From positions 23,374,001-23,438,000 of the forward strand of contig OZ024744.1 in assembly GCA_964016885.1 (NCBI GenBank): 64,000 nucleotides of DNA, read 5' to 3'. This DNA is from Eledone cirrhosa (Eukaryota). Under the pieces are notes generated by a model that made no database searches, had not been told where the DNA came from, and worked only from the letters and a program-made list of their open reading frames with translations. Positions 27,601 to 43,200 of the stretch are shown piece by piece; within the stretch, counting starts at the first letter, position 1; the number at the start of each line of letters is the position of its first letter. Both the position numbers and the translations under genes were made by a program.

Positions 27601-30600
27601 TAAGATAAAACTCGTTTTAACAACAGTTGAATCTTAAGATAAAATTCGTATTAACAACAGTTGAATCTTAAGAACTGACTCGTTTTAACAACAGCTGAAT
27701 CTTAAGATAAAACTCGTTTTAAAAACAGTTGAATCTTAAGAACTGACTCGTTTTATCAACAGTTCAACCTTAAGCACTGACTCGTTTTAACAACAGTTGA
27801 ATCTTCAAATAAAACTCGTTTTAACAACAGTTGATTCTTCAGAACTGACTCGTTTTAACAACAGATGAATCTTAAGATAAAACTCGTTTTAACAACAGTT
27901 GAATCTTAAGAACTGACTCATTTTAACAACAGTTGAATCTTAAGATAAAACTCGTTTTAACAACAGTTGAATCTTAAGAACTGACTCGTTTTAACAACGG
28001 CTGAATTTTAAGATAAACTCGTTTTAACAACAGTTGAATCTTAAGAACTGACTCGTTTTAACAACAGCTAAATCTTTAGATAAAACTCGTTTTAACAACA
28101 GTTGAATCTTAAGAACTGACTCGTTTTATCAACAGTTCAACCTTAAGAACTGACTCATCTTAACACCAGTTGAATCTTCAAATAAAATTCGTTTTAACAA
28201 CAGTTGAATCTTAAGAACTGACTCGTTTTAACAACAGTTGAATCTTAAGATAAAACACGTTTTAACAACAGTTGAATCTTAAGAACTGACTCGTTTTAAC
28301 AACAGCTGAATCTTAAGATAAAACTCGTTTTAACAACAGTTGAATCTTAAGATAAAATTCGTTTTAACAACAGTTGAATCTTAAGAACTGACTCGTTTTA
28401 ACAACAGCTGAATCTTAAGATAAAACTCGTTTTAACAACAGTTGAATCTTAAGAACTGACTCGTGTTATCAACAGTTCAAGCTTAAGCACTGACTCGTTT
28501 TAACAACAGTTGAATCTTCAAATAAAACTCGTTTTAACAACAGTTGATTCTTCAGAACTGACTCGTTTTAACAACAGATGAATCTTAAGATACAACTCGT
28601 TTTAACAACAGTTAAATCTTAAGAACTGACTCATTCTAACAACAGCTGAATCTTTAGATAAAACTCGTTTTAACAACAGTTGAATCTTAAGAACTGACTC
28701 GTTTTATCAACAGTTCAACCTTAAGAACTGACTCGTTTTAACAACAGTTGAATCCTCAAATAAAACTCGTTTTAACAACAGTTGAATCTTAAGAACTGAC
28801 TCGTTTTAACAACAGTTGAATCTTAAGAACTGACTCATTTTAACAACAGTTGAATCTTAAGAACTGATTCGTTTTAACAACAGTTGAATCTTAAGAACTG
28901 ATTCGTTTTAACAACAGTTGAATCTTCAGATAAAACTCGTTTTAACTACAGTTGAATCTTAAGAACTGACTAGTTTTAACAACAGTTGAATCTTAAGATA
29001 AAACTCGTTTTAACAACAGTTGAATCTTAAGAACTGGCTCATTTTAACAACATTTGAATCTTAAAAACTTATTCGTTTTAACAACAGTTGAATCTTAAGA
29101 TAAAACTCGTTTTAACAACAGTTGAATCTTAAGAACTGACTCGTTTTAACAACAGCTGAATCTTAAGATAAAACTCGTTTTACAACAGTTGAATCTTAAG
29201 AACTGACTCGCTTTATCAACAGTTCAACCTTAAGAACTGACTCATCTTAACAACAGTTGAATCTTCAAATAAAACTCGTTTCAACAACAGTTGAATCTTA
29301 AGAACTGATTCGTTTTAACAACAGCTGAATCTTAAGATAAAACTCGTTTTAACAACAGTTGAATCTTAAGATAAAATTCGTTTTAAAAACAGTTGAATCT
29401 TAAGAACTGACTCGTTTTAACAACAGCTGAATCTTAAGATAAAACTCGTTTTAACAACAGTTGAATCTTAAGCACTGACTCGTTTTAACAACAGTTGCAT
29501 CTTCAAATAAAACTCGTTTTAACAACAGTTGATTCTTCAGAACTGACTCGTTTTAACACCAGTTGAATCTTAAGATAAAACTCGTTTTAACAACAGTTGA
29601 ATCTTAAGAACTTACTCATTTTAACAACAGCTGAATCTCTAGATAAAACTCGTTTTAACAACAGTTGAATATTAAGAATTGACTCATTTTATCAACAGTT
29701 CAACCTTAAGAACTGACTCGTTTTAACAACAGTTGAATCCTCAAATAAAACTCGTTTTAACAACAGTTGAATCTTAAGAACTGACTCATTTTAACAACAG
29801 TTGAATCTTAAGATAAAACTCGTTTTAACAACAGTTGAATCTTAAGAACTGACTCGTTTTAACAACGGCTGAATTTTAAGATAAACTCGTTTTAACAACA
29901 GTTGAATCTTTAGAACTGACTCGTTTTAACAACAGCTAAATCTTAAGATAAAACTCGTTTTAACAACAGTTGAATCTTAAGGTAAAATTAGTTTTAACAA
30001 CAGTTGATTCTTAAGAACTGACTCGTTTTAACAACAGCTGAATCCTCAAATAAAACTCGTTTTAACAACAGTTGAATCTTAAGAACTGACTCGTTTTAAC
30101 AACAGTTGAATCTTAAGATAAAACTCGTTTTAACAACAGTTGAATTTTAAGAACTGACTCATTTTAACAACAGTTGAATCTTAAGAACTGATTCGTTTTA
30201 ACAACAGTTGAATCTTCAGATAAAACTCGTTTTAACTACAGTTGAATCTTAAGAAGTGACTCGTTTTAACAACAGTTGAATCTTAAGATAAAACTCGTTT
30301 TAACAACAGTTGAATCTTAAGAACTGGCTCATTTTAACAACGGTTGAATCTTAAGAACTGGCTCATTTTAACAACAGTTGAATCTTAAGAACTTATTCGT
30401 TTTAACAACAGTTGAATCTTAAGATAAAACTCGTTTTAACAACAGTTGAATCTTAAGAACTGACTCGTTTTAACAACAGCTGAATCTTAAGATAAAACTC
30501 GTTTTACAACAGTTGAATCTTAAGAACTGACTCGTTTTATCAACAGTTCAACCTTAAGAACTGACTCATCTTAACAACAGTTGAATCTTCAAATAAAACT

Positions 30601-33600
30601 CGTTTTAACAACAGCTGAATCTTAAGATAAAACTCGTTTTAACAACAGTTGAATCTTAAGATAAAATTCGTTTTAAAAACAGTTGAATCTTAAGAACTGA
30701 CTCGTTTTAACAACAGCTGAATCTTAAGATAAAACTCGTTTTAACAACAGTTGAATCTTAAGAACTGACTCGTTTTATCAACAGTTCAACCTTAAGCACT
30801 GACTCGTTTTAACAACAGTTGCATCTTCAAATAAAACTCGTTTTAACAACAGTTGATTCTTCAGAACTGACTCGTTTTAACAACAGTTGAATCTTAAGAT
30901 AAAACTCGTTTTAACAACAGTTGAATCTTAAGAACTGACTCATTTTAACAACAGCTGAATCTCTAGATAAAACTCGTTTTAACAACAGTTTAATATTAAG
31001 AACTGACTCGTTTTATCAACAGTTCAACCTTAAGAACTGACTCGTTTTAACAACAGTTGAATCCTCAAATAAAACTCGTTTTAACAACAGTTGAATCTTA
31101 AGAACTGACTCATTTTAACAACAGTTGAATCTTAAGATAAAACTCGTTTTAACAACAGTTGAATCTTAAGAACTGACTCGTTTTAACAACGGCTGAATTT
31201 TAAGATAAACTCGTTTTAACAACAGTTGAATCTTAAGAACTGACTCGTTTTAACAACAGCTAAATCTTAAGATAAAACTCGTTTTAACAACAGTTGAATC
31301 TTAAGAACTGACTCGTTTTATCAACAGTTCAACCTTAAGAACTGACTCATCTTAACAACAGTTGAATCTTCAAATAAAATTCGTTTTAACAACAGTTGAA
31401 TCTTAAGAACTGATTCGTTTTAACAACAGCTGAATCTTAAGATAAATCTCGTTTTAACAACAGTTGAATCTTAAGGTAAAATTCGTTTTAACAACAGTTG
31501 AATCTTAAGAACTGACTCGTTTTAACAACAGTTGAATCTTAAGATAAAACTCGTTTTAACAACAGTTGAATCTTAAGAACTGACTCATTTTAACAACAGT
31601 TGCATCTTAAGATAAAACTCGTTTTAACAACAGTTGAATCTTAAGAACTGACTCGTTTTATCAACAGTTCAACCTTAAGCACTGACTCGTTTTAACAACA
31701 GTTGAATCTTCAAATAAAACTCGTTTTAACAACAGTTGATTCTTCAGAACTGACTCGTTTTAACAACAGTTGAATCTTAAGATAAAACTCGTTTTAACAA
31801 CAGTTAAATCTTAAGAACTGACTCATTTTAACAACAGCTGAATCTTTAGATAAAACTCGTTTTAACAACAGTTGAATCTTGAGAACTGACTCGTTTTATC
31901 AACAGTTCAACCTTAAGAACTGACTCGTTTTAACAACAGTTGAATCCTCAAATAAAACTCGTTTTAACAACAGTTGAATCTTAAGAACTGACTCATTTTA
32001 ACAACAGTTGAATCTTAAGATAAAACTCGTTTTAACAAGAGTTGAATCTTAAGAACTGACTCGTTTTAACAACGGCTGAATTTTAAGATAAACTCGTTTT
32101 AACAACAGTTGAATCTTAAGAACTGACTCGTTTTAACAACAGCTAAATCTTAAGATAAAACTCGTTTTAACAACAGTTGAATCTTAAGAACTGACTCGTT
32201 TTATCAACAGTTCAACCTTAAGAACTGACTCATCTTAACAACAGTTGAATCTTCAAATAAAATTCGTTTTAACAACAATTGAATCTTAAGAACTGACTCG
32301 TTTTAACAACAGTTGAATCTTAAGATAAAACTCGTTTTAACAACAGTTGAATCTTAAGAACTGACTCATTTTAACAACAGCTGAATCTTAAGATAAAACA
32401 CGTTTTAACAACAGTTGAATCTTAAGATAAAATTCGTTTTAACAACAGTTGAATCTTAAGAACTGACTCGTTTTAACAACAGCTGAATCTTAAGATAAAA
32501 CTCGTTTTAACAACAGTTGAATCTTCAAATAAAACTCGTTTTAACAACAGTTGATTCTTCAGAACTGACTCGTTTTAACAACAGTTGAATCTTAAGATAA
32601 AACTCGTTTTAACAACAGTTGAATCTTAAAAACTGACTCATATTAACAACAGCTGAATCTTTAGATAAATCTCGTTTTAACAACAGTTGAATCTTAAGAA
32701 CTGACTTGTTTTAACAACAGTTGAATCTTAAGATAAAACTCGTTTTAACAACAGTTGAATCTTAAGAACTGACTCATTTTAACAACAGTTGAATCTTAAG
32801 AACTGATTCGTTTTAACAACAGTTGAATCTTCAGATAAAACTCGTTTTAACTACAGTTGAATCTTAAGAACTGACTAGTTTTAACAACAGTTGAATCTTA
32901 AGATAAAACTCGTTTTAATAACAGTTGAATCTTAAGAACTGGCTCATTTTAACAACAGTTGAATCTTAAGAACTGATTCGTTTTAACAACAGTTGAATCT
33001 TAAGATAAAACTCGTTTTAACAACAGTTGAATCTTAAGAACTGACTCGTTTTAACAACAGCTGAATCTTAAGATAAAACTCGTTTTACAACAGTTGAATA
33101 TTAAGAACTGACTCGTTTTATCAACAGTTCAACCTTAAGAACTGACTCGTTTTAACAACAGTTGAATCCTCAAATAAAACTCTTTTTAACAACAGTTGAA
33201 TCTTAAGAACTGACTCATTTTAACAACAGTTGAATCTTAAGATAAAACTCGTTTTAACAACAGTTGAATCTTAAGAACTGACTTGTTTTAACAACGGCTG
33301 AATTTTAAGATAAACTCGTTTTAACAACAGTTGAATCTTAAGAACTGACTCGTTTTAACAACAGCTAAATCTTAAGATAAAACTCGTTTTAACAACAGTT
33401 GAATCTTAAGGTAAAATTCGTTTTAACAACAGTTGAATCTTAAGAACTGACTCGTTTTAACAACAGCTGAATCCTCAAATAAAACTCGTTTTAACAACAG
33501 TTGAATCTTAAGAACTGACTAGTTTTAACAACAGTTGAATCTTAAGATAAAACTCGTTTTTACAACAGTTGAATCTTAAGAACTGACTCGTTTTAACAAC

Positions 33601-36600
33601 AGTTGAATCTTAAGAACTGATTCGTTTTAACAACAGTTGAATCTTAAGATAAAACTCGTTTTAACAACAGTTGAATCTTAAGAACTGATTCGTTTTAACA
33701 ACAGCTGAATCTTAAGATAAAACTCGTTTTACAACAGTTGAATCTTAAGAACTGACTCGTTTTATCAACAGTTCAACCTTAAGAACTGACTCATCTTAAC
33801 AACAGTTGAATCTTCAAATAAAACTCGTTTTAACAACAGTTGAATCTTAAGAACTGATTCGTTTTAACAACAGCTGAATCTTAAGATAAAACTCGTTTTA
33901 ACAACAGTTGAATCTTAAGAACTGACTCGTTTTAACAACGGCTGAATTTTAAGATAAACTCGTTTTCACAACAGTTGAATCTTAAGAACTGACTCGTTTT
34001 AACAACAGCTAAATCTTAAGATAAAACTCGTTTTAACAACAGTTGAATCTTAAGAACTGACTCGTTTTATCAACAGTTCAACCTTAAGAACTGACTCATC
34101 TTAACAACAGTTGAATCTTCAAATAAAATTGGTTTTAACAACAGTTGAATCTTAAGAACTGATTCGTTTTAACAACAGCTGAATCTTAAGATAAAACTCG
34201 TTTTAACAACAGTTGAATCTTAAGGTAAAATTCGTTTTAACAACAGTTGAATCTTAAGAACTGACTCGTTTTAACAACAGTTGAATCTTAAGATAAAACT
34301 CCTTTTAACAACAGTTGAATCTTAAGAACTGACTCATTTTAACAACAGTTGAATCTTAAGATAAAACTCGTTTTAACAACAGTTGAATCTTAAGAACTGA
34401 CTCGTTTTAACAACAGCTGAATCTTAAGATAAAACTCGTTTTACAACAGTTGAATCTTAAGAACTGACTCGTTTTATCAACAGTTCAACCTTAAGAACTG
34501 ACTCATCTTAACAACAGTTGAATCTTCAAATAAAACTCGTTTTAACAACAGTTGAATCTTAATAACTGATTCGTTTTAACAACAGCTGAATCTTAAGATA
34601 AAACTCGTTTTAACAACAGTTGAATCTTAAGATAAAATTCGTATTAACAACAGTTGAATCTTAAGAACTGACTCGTTTTAACAACAGCTGAATCTTAAGA
34701 TAAAACTCGTTTTAAAAACAGTTGAATCTTAAGAACTGACTCGTTTTATCAACAGTTCAACCTTAAGCACTGACTCGTTTTAACAACAGTTGAATCTTCA
34801 AATAAAACTCGTTTTAACAACAGTTGATTCTTCAGAACTGACTCGTTTTAACAACAGATGAATCTTAAGATAAAACTCGTTTTAACAACAGTTGAATCTT
34901 AAGAACTGACTCATTTTAACAACAGTTGAATCTTAAGATAAAACTCGTTTTAACAACAGTTGAATCTTAAGAACTGACTCGTTTTAACAACGGCTGAATT
35001 TTAAGATAAACTCGTTTTAACAACAGTTGAATCTTAAGAACTGACTCGTTTTAACAACAGCTAAATCTTTAGATAAAACTCGTTTTAACAACAGTTGAAT
35101 CTTAAGAACTGACTCGTTTTATCAACAGTTCAACCTTAAGAACTGACTCATCTTAACACCAGTTGAATCTTCAAATAAAATTCGTTTTAACAACAGTTGA
35201 ATCTTAAGAACTGACTCGTTTTAACAACAGTTGAATCTTAAGATAAAACACGTTTTAACAACAGTTGAATCTTAAGAACTGACTCGTTTTAACAACAGCT
35301 GAATCTTAAGATAAAACTCGTTTTAACAACAGTTGAATCTTAAGATAAAATTCGTTTTAACAACAGTTGAATCTTAAGAACTGACTCGTTTTAACAACAG
35401 CTGAATCTTAAGATAAAACTCGTTTTAACAACAGTTGAATCTTAAGAACTGACTCGTGTTATCAACAGTTCAAGCTTAAGCACTGACTCGTTTTAACAAC
35501 AGTTGAATCTTCAAATAAAACTCGTTTTAACAACAGTTGATTCTTCAGAACTGACTCGTTTTAACAACAGATGAATCTTAAGATACAACTCGTTTTAACA
35601 ACAGTTAAATCTTAAGAACTGACTCATTCTAACAACAGCTGAATCTTTAGATAAAACTCGTTTTAACAACAGTTGAATCTTAAGAACTGACTCGTTTTAT
35701 CAACAGTTCAACCTTAAGAACTGACTCGTTTTAACAACAGTTGAATCCTCAAATAAAACTCGTTTTAACAACAGTTGAATCTTAAGAACTGACTCGTTTT
35801 AACAACAGTTGAATCTTAAGATAAATCTCGTTTTAACAACAGTTGAATCTTAAGAACTGACTCATTTTAACAACAGTTGAATCTTAAGAACTGATTCGTT
35901 TTAACAACAGTTGAATCTTCAGATAAAACTCGTTTTAACTACAGTTGAATCTTAAGAACTGACTAGTTTTAACAACAGTTGAATCTTAAGATAAAACTCG
36001 TTTTAACAACAGTTGAATCTTAAGAACTGGCTCATTTTAACAACATTTGAATCTTAAAAACTTATTCGTTTTAACAACAGTTGAATCTTAAGATAAAACT
36101 CGTTTTAACAACAGTTGAATCTTAAGAACTGACTCGTTTTAACAACAGCTGAATCTTAAGATAAAACTCGTTTTACAACAGTTGAATCTTAAGAACTGAC
36201 TCGCTTTATCAACAGTTCAACCTTAAGAACTGACTCATCTTAACAACAGTTGAATCTTCAAATAAAACTCGTTTCAACAACAGTTGAATCTTAAGAACTG
36301 ATTCGTTTTAACAACAGCTGAATCTTAAGATAAAACTCGTTTTAACAACAGTTGAATCTTAAGATAAAATTCGTTTTAAAAACAGTTGAATCTTAAGAAC
36401 TGACTCGTTTTAACAACAGCTGAATCTTAAGATAAAACTCGTTTTAACAACAGTTGAATCTTAAGCACTGACTCGTTTTAACAACAGTTGCATCTTCAAA
36501 TAAAACTCGTTTTAACAACAGTTGATTCTTCAGAACTGACTCGTTTTAACACCAGTTGAATCTTAAGATAAAACTCGTTTTAACAACAGTTGAATCTTAA

Positions 36601-37248
36601 GAACTTACTCATTTTAACAACAGCTGAATCTCTAGATAAAACTCGTTTTAACAACAGTTGAATATTAAGAATTGACTCATTTTATCAACAGTTCAACCTT
36701 AAGAACTGACTCGTTTTAACAACAGTTGAATCCTCAAATAAAACTCGTTTTAACAACAGTTGAATCTTAAGAACTGACTCATTTTAACAACAGTTGAATC
36801 TTAAGATAAAACTCGTTTTAACAACAGTTGAATCTTAAGAACTGACTCGTTTTAACAACGGCTGAATTTTAAGATAAACTCGTTTTAACAACAGTTGAAT
36901 CTTTAGAACTGACTCGTTTTAACAACAGCTAAATCTTAAGATAAAACTCGTTTTAACAACAGTTGAATCTTAAGGTAAAATTAGTTTTAACAACAGTTGA
37001 TTCTTAAGAACTGACTCGTTTTAACAACAGCTGAATCCTCAAATAAAACTCGTTTTAACAACAGTTGAATCTTAAGAACTGACTCGTTTTAACAACAGTT
37101 GAATCTTAAGATAAAACTCGTTTTAACAACAGTTGAATTTTAAGAACTGACTCATTTTAACAACAGTTGAATCTTAAGAACTGATTCGTTTTAACAACAG
37201 TTGAATCTTCAGATAAAACTCGTTTTAACTACAGTTGAATCTTAAGAA
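23405..37248. repeat. Near-tandem duplication of ~6.85 kb: ~23405-30255 / ~30398-37248 (offset 6993 bp)
   Basis: Private variants at constant offset: GAG(AACTG) 24888/31881, TTTCAC 26974/33967, ACTCCTTTT 27308/34301, CATTTG 29051/36044, CTTTATC 29211/36204. Confidence 0.92.
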
Positions 37249-40200
37249 CTGACTAGTTTTAACAACAGTTGAATCTTAAGATAAAACTCGTTTTTACAAC
37301 AGATGAATCTTAAGAACTGACTCGTTTTAACAACAGTTGAATCTTAAGAACTGATTCGTTTTAACAACAGTTGAATCTTAAGATAAAACTCGTTTTAACA
37401 ACAGTTGAATCTTAAGAACTGATTCGTTTTAACAACAGCTGAATCTTAAGATAAAACTCGTTTTACAACAGTTGAATCTTAAGAACTGACTCGTTTTATC
37501 AACAGTTCAACCTTAAGAACTGACTCATCTTAACAACAGTTGAATCTTCAAATAAAACTCGTTTTAACAACAGTTGAATCTTAAGAACTGATTCGTTTTA
37601 ACAACAGCTGAATCTTAAGATAAAACTCGTTTTAACAACAGTTGAATCTTAAGAACTGACTCGTTTTAACAACAGCTAAATCTTAAGATAAAACTCGTTT
37701 TAACAACAGTTGAATCTTAAGAACTGACTCGTTTTATCAACAGTTCAACCTTAAGAACTGACTCATCTTAACAACAGTTGAATCTTCAAATAAAATTCGT
37801 TTTAACAACAGTTGAATCTTAAGAACTGATTCGTTTTAACAACAGCTGAATCTTAAGATAAATCTCGTTTTAACAACAGTTGATTCTTAAGGTAAAATTC
37901 GTTTTAACAACAGTTGAATCTTAAGAACTGACTCGTTTTAACAACAGTTGAATCTTAAGATAAAACTCGTTTTAACAACAGTTGAATCTTAAGAACTGAC
38001 TCATTTTAACAACAGTTGAATCTTAAGATAAAACTCGTTTTAACAACAGTTGAATCTTAAGAACTGACTCGTTTTATCAACAGTTCAACCTTAAGCACTG
38101 ACTCGTTTTAACAACAGTTGAATCTTCAAATAAAACTCGTTTTAACAACAGTTGATTCTTCAGAACTGACTCGTTTTAACAACAGTTGAATCTTAAGATA
38201 AAACTCGTTTTAACAACAGTTGAATCTTAAGAACTGACTCATTTTAACAACAGCTGAATCTTTAGATAAAACTCGTTTTAACAACAGTTGAATCTTAAGA
38301 ACTGACTCGTTTTATCAACAGTTCAACCTTAAGAACTGACTCGTTTTAACAACAGTTGAATCCTCAAATAAAACTCGTTTTAACAACAGTTGAATCTTAA
38401 GAACTGACTCATTTTAACAACAGTTGAATCTTAAGATAAAACTCGTTTTAACAAGAGTTGAATCTTAAGAACTGACTCGTTTTAACAACGGCTGAATTTT
38501 AAGATAAACTCGTTTTAACAACAGTTGAATCTTAAGAACTGACTCGTTTTAACAACAGCTAAATCTTAAGATAAAACTCGTTTTAACAATAGTTGAATCT
38601 TAAGAACTGACTCGTTTTATCAACAGTTCAACCTTAAGAACTGACTCATCTTAACAACAGTTGAATCTTCAAATAAAATTCGTTTTAACAACAGTTGAAT
38701 CTTAAGAACTGACTCGTTTTAACAACAGTTGAATCTTAAGATAAAACTCGTTTTAACAACAGTTGAATCTTAAGAACTGACTCGTTTTATCAACAGTTCA
38801 CCCTTAAGCACTGACTCGTTTTAACAACAGTTGAATCTTCAAATAAAACTCGTTTTAACAACAGTTGATTCTTCAGAACTGACTCGTTTTAACAACAGTT
38901 GAATCTTAAGATAAAACTCGTTTTAACAACAGTTGAATCTTAAGAACTGACTCATATTAACAACAGCTGAATCTTTAGATAAATCTCGTTTTAACAACAG
39001 TTGAATCTTAAGAACTGACTCGTTTTAACAACAGTTCAATCCTCAAATAAACTCGTTTTAACAACAGTTGAATCATAAGAACTGACTCGTTTTAACAACA
39101 GTTGAATCTTAAGATAAAACTCGTTTTAACAACAGTTGAATCTTAATAACTGACTCATTTTAACAACAGTTGAATCTTAAGAACTGATTCGTTTTAACAA
39201 CAGTTGAATCTTCAGATAAAACTCGTTTTAACTACAGTTGAATCTTAAGATAAAACTCGTTTTAACAACAGTTGAATCTTAAGAACTGGCTCATTTTAAC
39301 AACAGTTGAATCTTAAGAACTGATTCGTTTTAACAACAGTTGAATCTTAAGATAAAACTCGTTTTAACAACAGTTGAATCTTAAGAACTGACTCGTTTTA
39401 ACAACAGGTGAATCTTAAGATAAAACTCGTTTTACAACAGTTGAATATTAAGAACTGACTCGTTTTATCAACAGTTCAACCTTAAGAACTGACTCGTTTT
39501 AACAACAGTTGAATCCTCAAATAAAACTCGTTTTAACAACAGTTGAATCTTAAGAACTGACTCATTTTAACAACAGTTGAATCTTAAGATAAAACTCGTT
39601 TTAACAACAGTTGAATCTTAAGAACTGACTCGTTTTAACAACGGCTGAATTTTAAGATAAACTCGTTTTAACAACAGTTGAATCTTAAGAACTGACTCGT
39701 TTTAACAACAGCTAAATCTTAAGTTAAAACTCGTTTTAACAACAGTTGAATCTTAAGAACTGACTCGTTTTATCAACAGTTCAACCTTAAGAACTGACTC
39801 ATCTTAACAACAGTTGAATCTTCAAATAAAATTCGTTTTAACAACAATTGAATCTTAAGAACTGACTCGTTTTAACAACAGTTGAATCTTAAGATAAAAC
39901 TCGTTTTAACAACAGTTGAATCTTAAGAACTGACTCATTTTAACAACAGCTGAATCTTAAGATAAAACACGTTTTAACAACAGTTGAATCTTAAGATAAA
40001 ATTCGTTTTAACAACAGTTGAATCTTAAGAACTGACTCGTTTTAACAACAGCTGAATCTTAAGATAAAACTCGTTTTAACAACAGTTGAATCTTAAGAAC
40101 TGACTCGTTTTATCAACAGTTCAACCTTAAGCACTGACTCGTTTTAACAACAGTTGAATCTTCAAATAAAACTCGTTTTAACAACAGTTGATTCTTCAGA

Positions 40201-43200
40201 ACTGACTCGTTTTAACAACAGTTGAATCTTAAGATAAAACTCGTTTTAACAACAGTTGAATCTTAAGAACTGACTCATATTAACAACAGCTGAATCTTTA
40301 GATAAATCTCGTTTTAACAACAGTTGAATCTTAAGAACTGACTCGTTTTAACAACAGTTGAATCTTAAGATAAAACTCGTTTTAACAACAGTTGAATCTT
40401 AAGAACTGACTCATTTTAACAACAGTTGAATCTTAAGAACTGATTCGTTTTAACAACAGTTGAATCTTCAGATAAAACTCGTTTTAACTACAGTTGAATC
40501 TTAAGAACTGACTAGTTTTAACAACAGTTGAATCTTAAGATAAAACTCGTTTTAACAACAGTTGAATCTTAAGAACTGGCTCATTTTAACAACAGTTGAA
40601 TCTTAAGAACTGATTCTTTTTAACAACAGTTGAATCTTAAGATAAAACTCGTTTTAACAACAGTTGAATCTTAAGAACTGACTCGTTTTAACAACAGCTG
40701 AATCTTAAGATAAAACTCGTTTTACAACAGTTGAATATTAAGAACTGACACGTTTTATCAACAGTTCAACCTTAAGAACTGACTCGTTTTAACAACAGTT
40801 GAATCCTCAAATAAAACTCTTTTTAACAACAGTTGAATCTTAAGAACTGACTCATTTTAACAACAGTTGAATCTTAAGATAAAACTCGTTTTAACAACAG
40901 TTGAATCTTAAGAACTGACTTGTTTTAACAACGGCTGAATTTTAAGATAAACTCGTTTTAACAACAGTTGAATCTTAAGAACTGACTCGTTTTAACAACA
41001 GCTAAATCTTAAGATAAAACTCGTTTTAACAACAGTTGAATCTTAAGGTAAAATTCGTTTTAACAACAGTTGAATCTTAAGAACTGACTCGTTTTAACAA
41101 CAGCTGAATCCTGAAATAAAACTCGTTTTAACAACAGTTGAATCTTAAGAACTGACTAGTTTTAACAACAGTTGAATCTTAAGATAAAACTCGTTTTTAC
41201 AACAGTTGAATCTTAAGAACTGACTCGTTTTAACAACAGTTGAATCTTAAGAACTGATTCGTTTTAACAACAGTTGAATCTTAAGATAAAACTCGTTTTA
41301 ACAACAGTTGAATCTTAAGAACTGATTCGTTTTAACGACAGCTGAATCTTAAGATAAAACTCGTTTTACAACAGTTGAATCTTAAGAACTGACTCGTTTT
41401 ATCAACAGTTCAACCTTAAGAACTGACTCATCTTAACAACAGTTGAATCTTCAAATAAAACTCGTTTTAACAACAGTTGAATCTTAAGAACTGATTCGTT
41501 TTAACAACAGCTGAATCTTAAGATAAAACTCGTTTTAAGAACAGTTGAATCTTAAGAACTGACTCGTTTTAACAACGGCTGAATTTTAAGATAAACTCGT
41601 TTTAACAACAGTTGAATCTTAAGAACTGACTCGTTTTAACAACAGCTAAATCTTAAGATAAAACTCGTTTTAACAACAGTTGAATCTTAAGAACTGACTC
41701 GTTTTATCAACAGTTCAACCTTAAGAACTGACTCATCTTAACAACAGTTGAATCTTCAAATAAAATTGGTTTTAACAACAGTTGAATCTTAAGAACTGAT
41801 TCGTTTTAACAACAGCTGAATCTTAAGATAAAACTCGTTTTAACAACAGTTGAATCTTAAGGTAAAATTCGTTTTAACAACAGTTGAATCTTAAGAACTG
41901 ACTCGTTTTAACAACAGTTGAATCTTAAGATAAAACTCGTTTTAACAACAGTTGAATCTTAAGAACTGACTCATTTTAACAACAGTTGAATCTTAAGATA
42001 AAACTCGTTTTAACAACAGTTGAATCTTAAGAACTGACTCGTTTTAACAACAGCTGAATCTTAAGATAAAACTCGTTTTACAACAGTTGAATCTTAAGAA
42101 CTGACTCGTTTTATCAACAGTTCAACCTTAAGAACTGACTCATCTTAACAACAGTTGAATCTTCAAATAAAACTCGTTTTAACAACAGTTGAATCTTAAG
42201 AACTGATTCGTTTTAACAACAGCTGAATCTTAAGATAAAACTCGTTTTAACAACAGTTGAATCTTAAGAACTGACTCGTTTTAACAACAGCTGAATCTTA
42301 AGATAAAACTCGTTTTAACAACAGTTGAATCTTAAGAACTGACTCGTTTTATCAACAGTTCAACCTTAAGCACTGACTCGTTTTAACAACAGTTGAATCT
42401 TCAAATAAAACTCGTTTTAACAACAGTTGATTCTTCAGAACTGACTCGTTTTAACAACAGATGAATCTTAAGATAAAACTCGTTTTAACAACCGTTGAAT
42501 CTTAAGAACTGACTCATTTTAACTACAGTTGAATCTTAAGATAAAACTCGTTTTAACAACAGTTGAATCTTAAGAACTGACTCGTTTTAACAACGGCTGA
42601 ATTTTAAGATAAACTCGTTTTAACAACAGTTGAATCTTAAGAACTGACTCGTTTTAACAACAGCTAAATCTTAAGATAAAACTCGTTTTAACAACAGTTG
42701 AATCTTAAGAACTGACTCGTTTTATCAACAGTTCAACCTTAAGAACTGACTCATCTTAACACCAGTTGAATCTTCAAATAAAATTCGTTTTAACAACAGT
42801 TGAATCTTAAGAACTGACTCGTTTTAACAACAGTTGAATCTTAAGATAAAACACGTTTTAACAACAGTTGAATCTTAAGAACTGACTCGTTTTAACAACA
42901 GCTGAATCTTAAGATAAAACTCGTTTTAACAACAGTTGAATCTTAAGATAAAATTCGTTTTAACAACAGTTGAATCTTAAGAACTGACTCGTTTTAACAA
43001 CAGCTGAATCTTAAGATAAAACTCGTTTTAACAACAGTTGAATCTTAAGAACTGACTCGTGTTATCAACAGTTCAACCTTAAGCACTGACTCGTTTTAAC
43101 AACAGTTGAATCTTCAAATAAAACTCGTTTTAACAACAGTTGATTCTTCAGAACTGACTCGTTTTAACAACAGTTGAATCTTAAGATAAAACTCGTTTTA

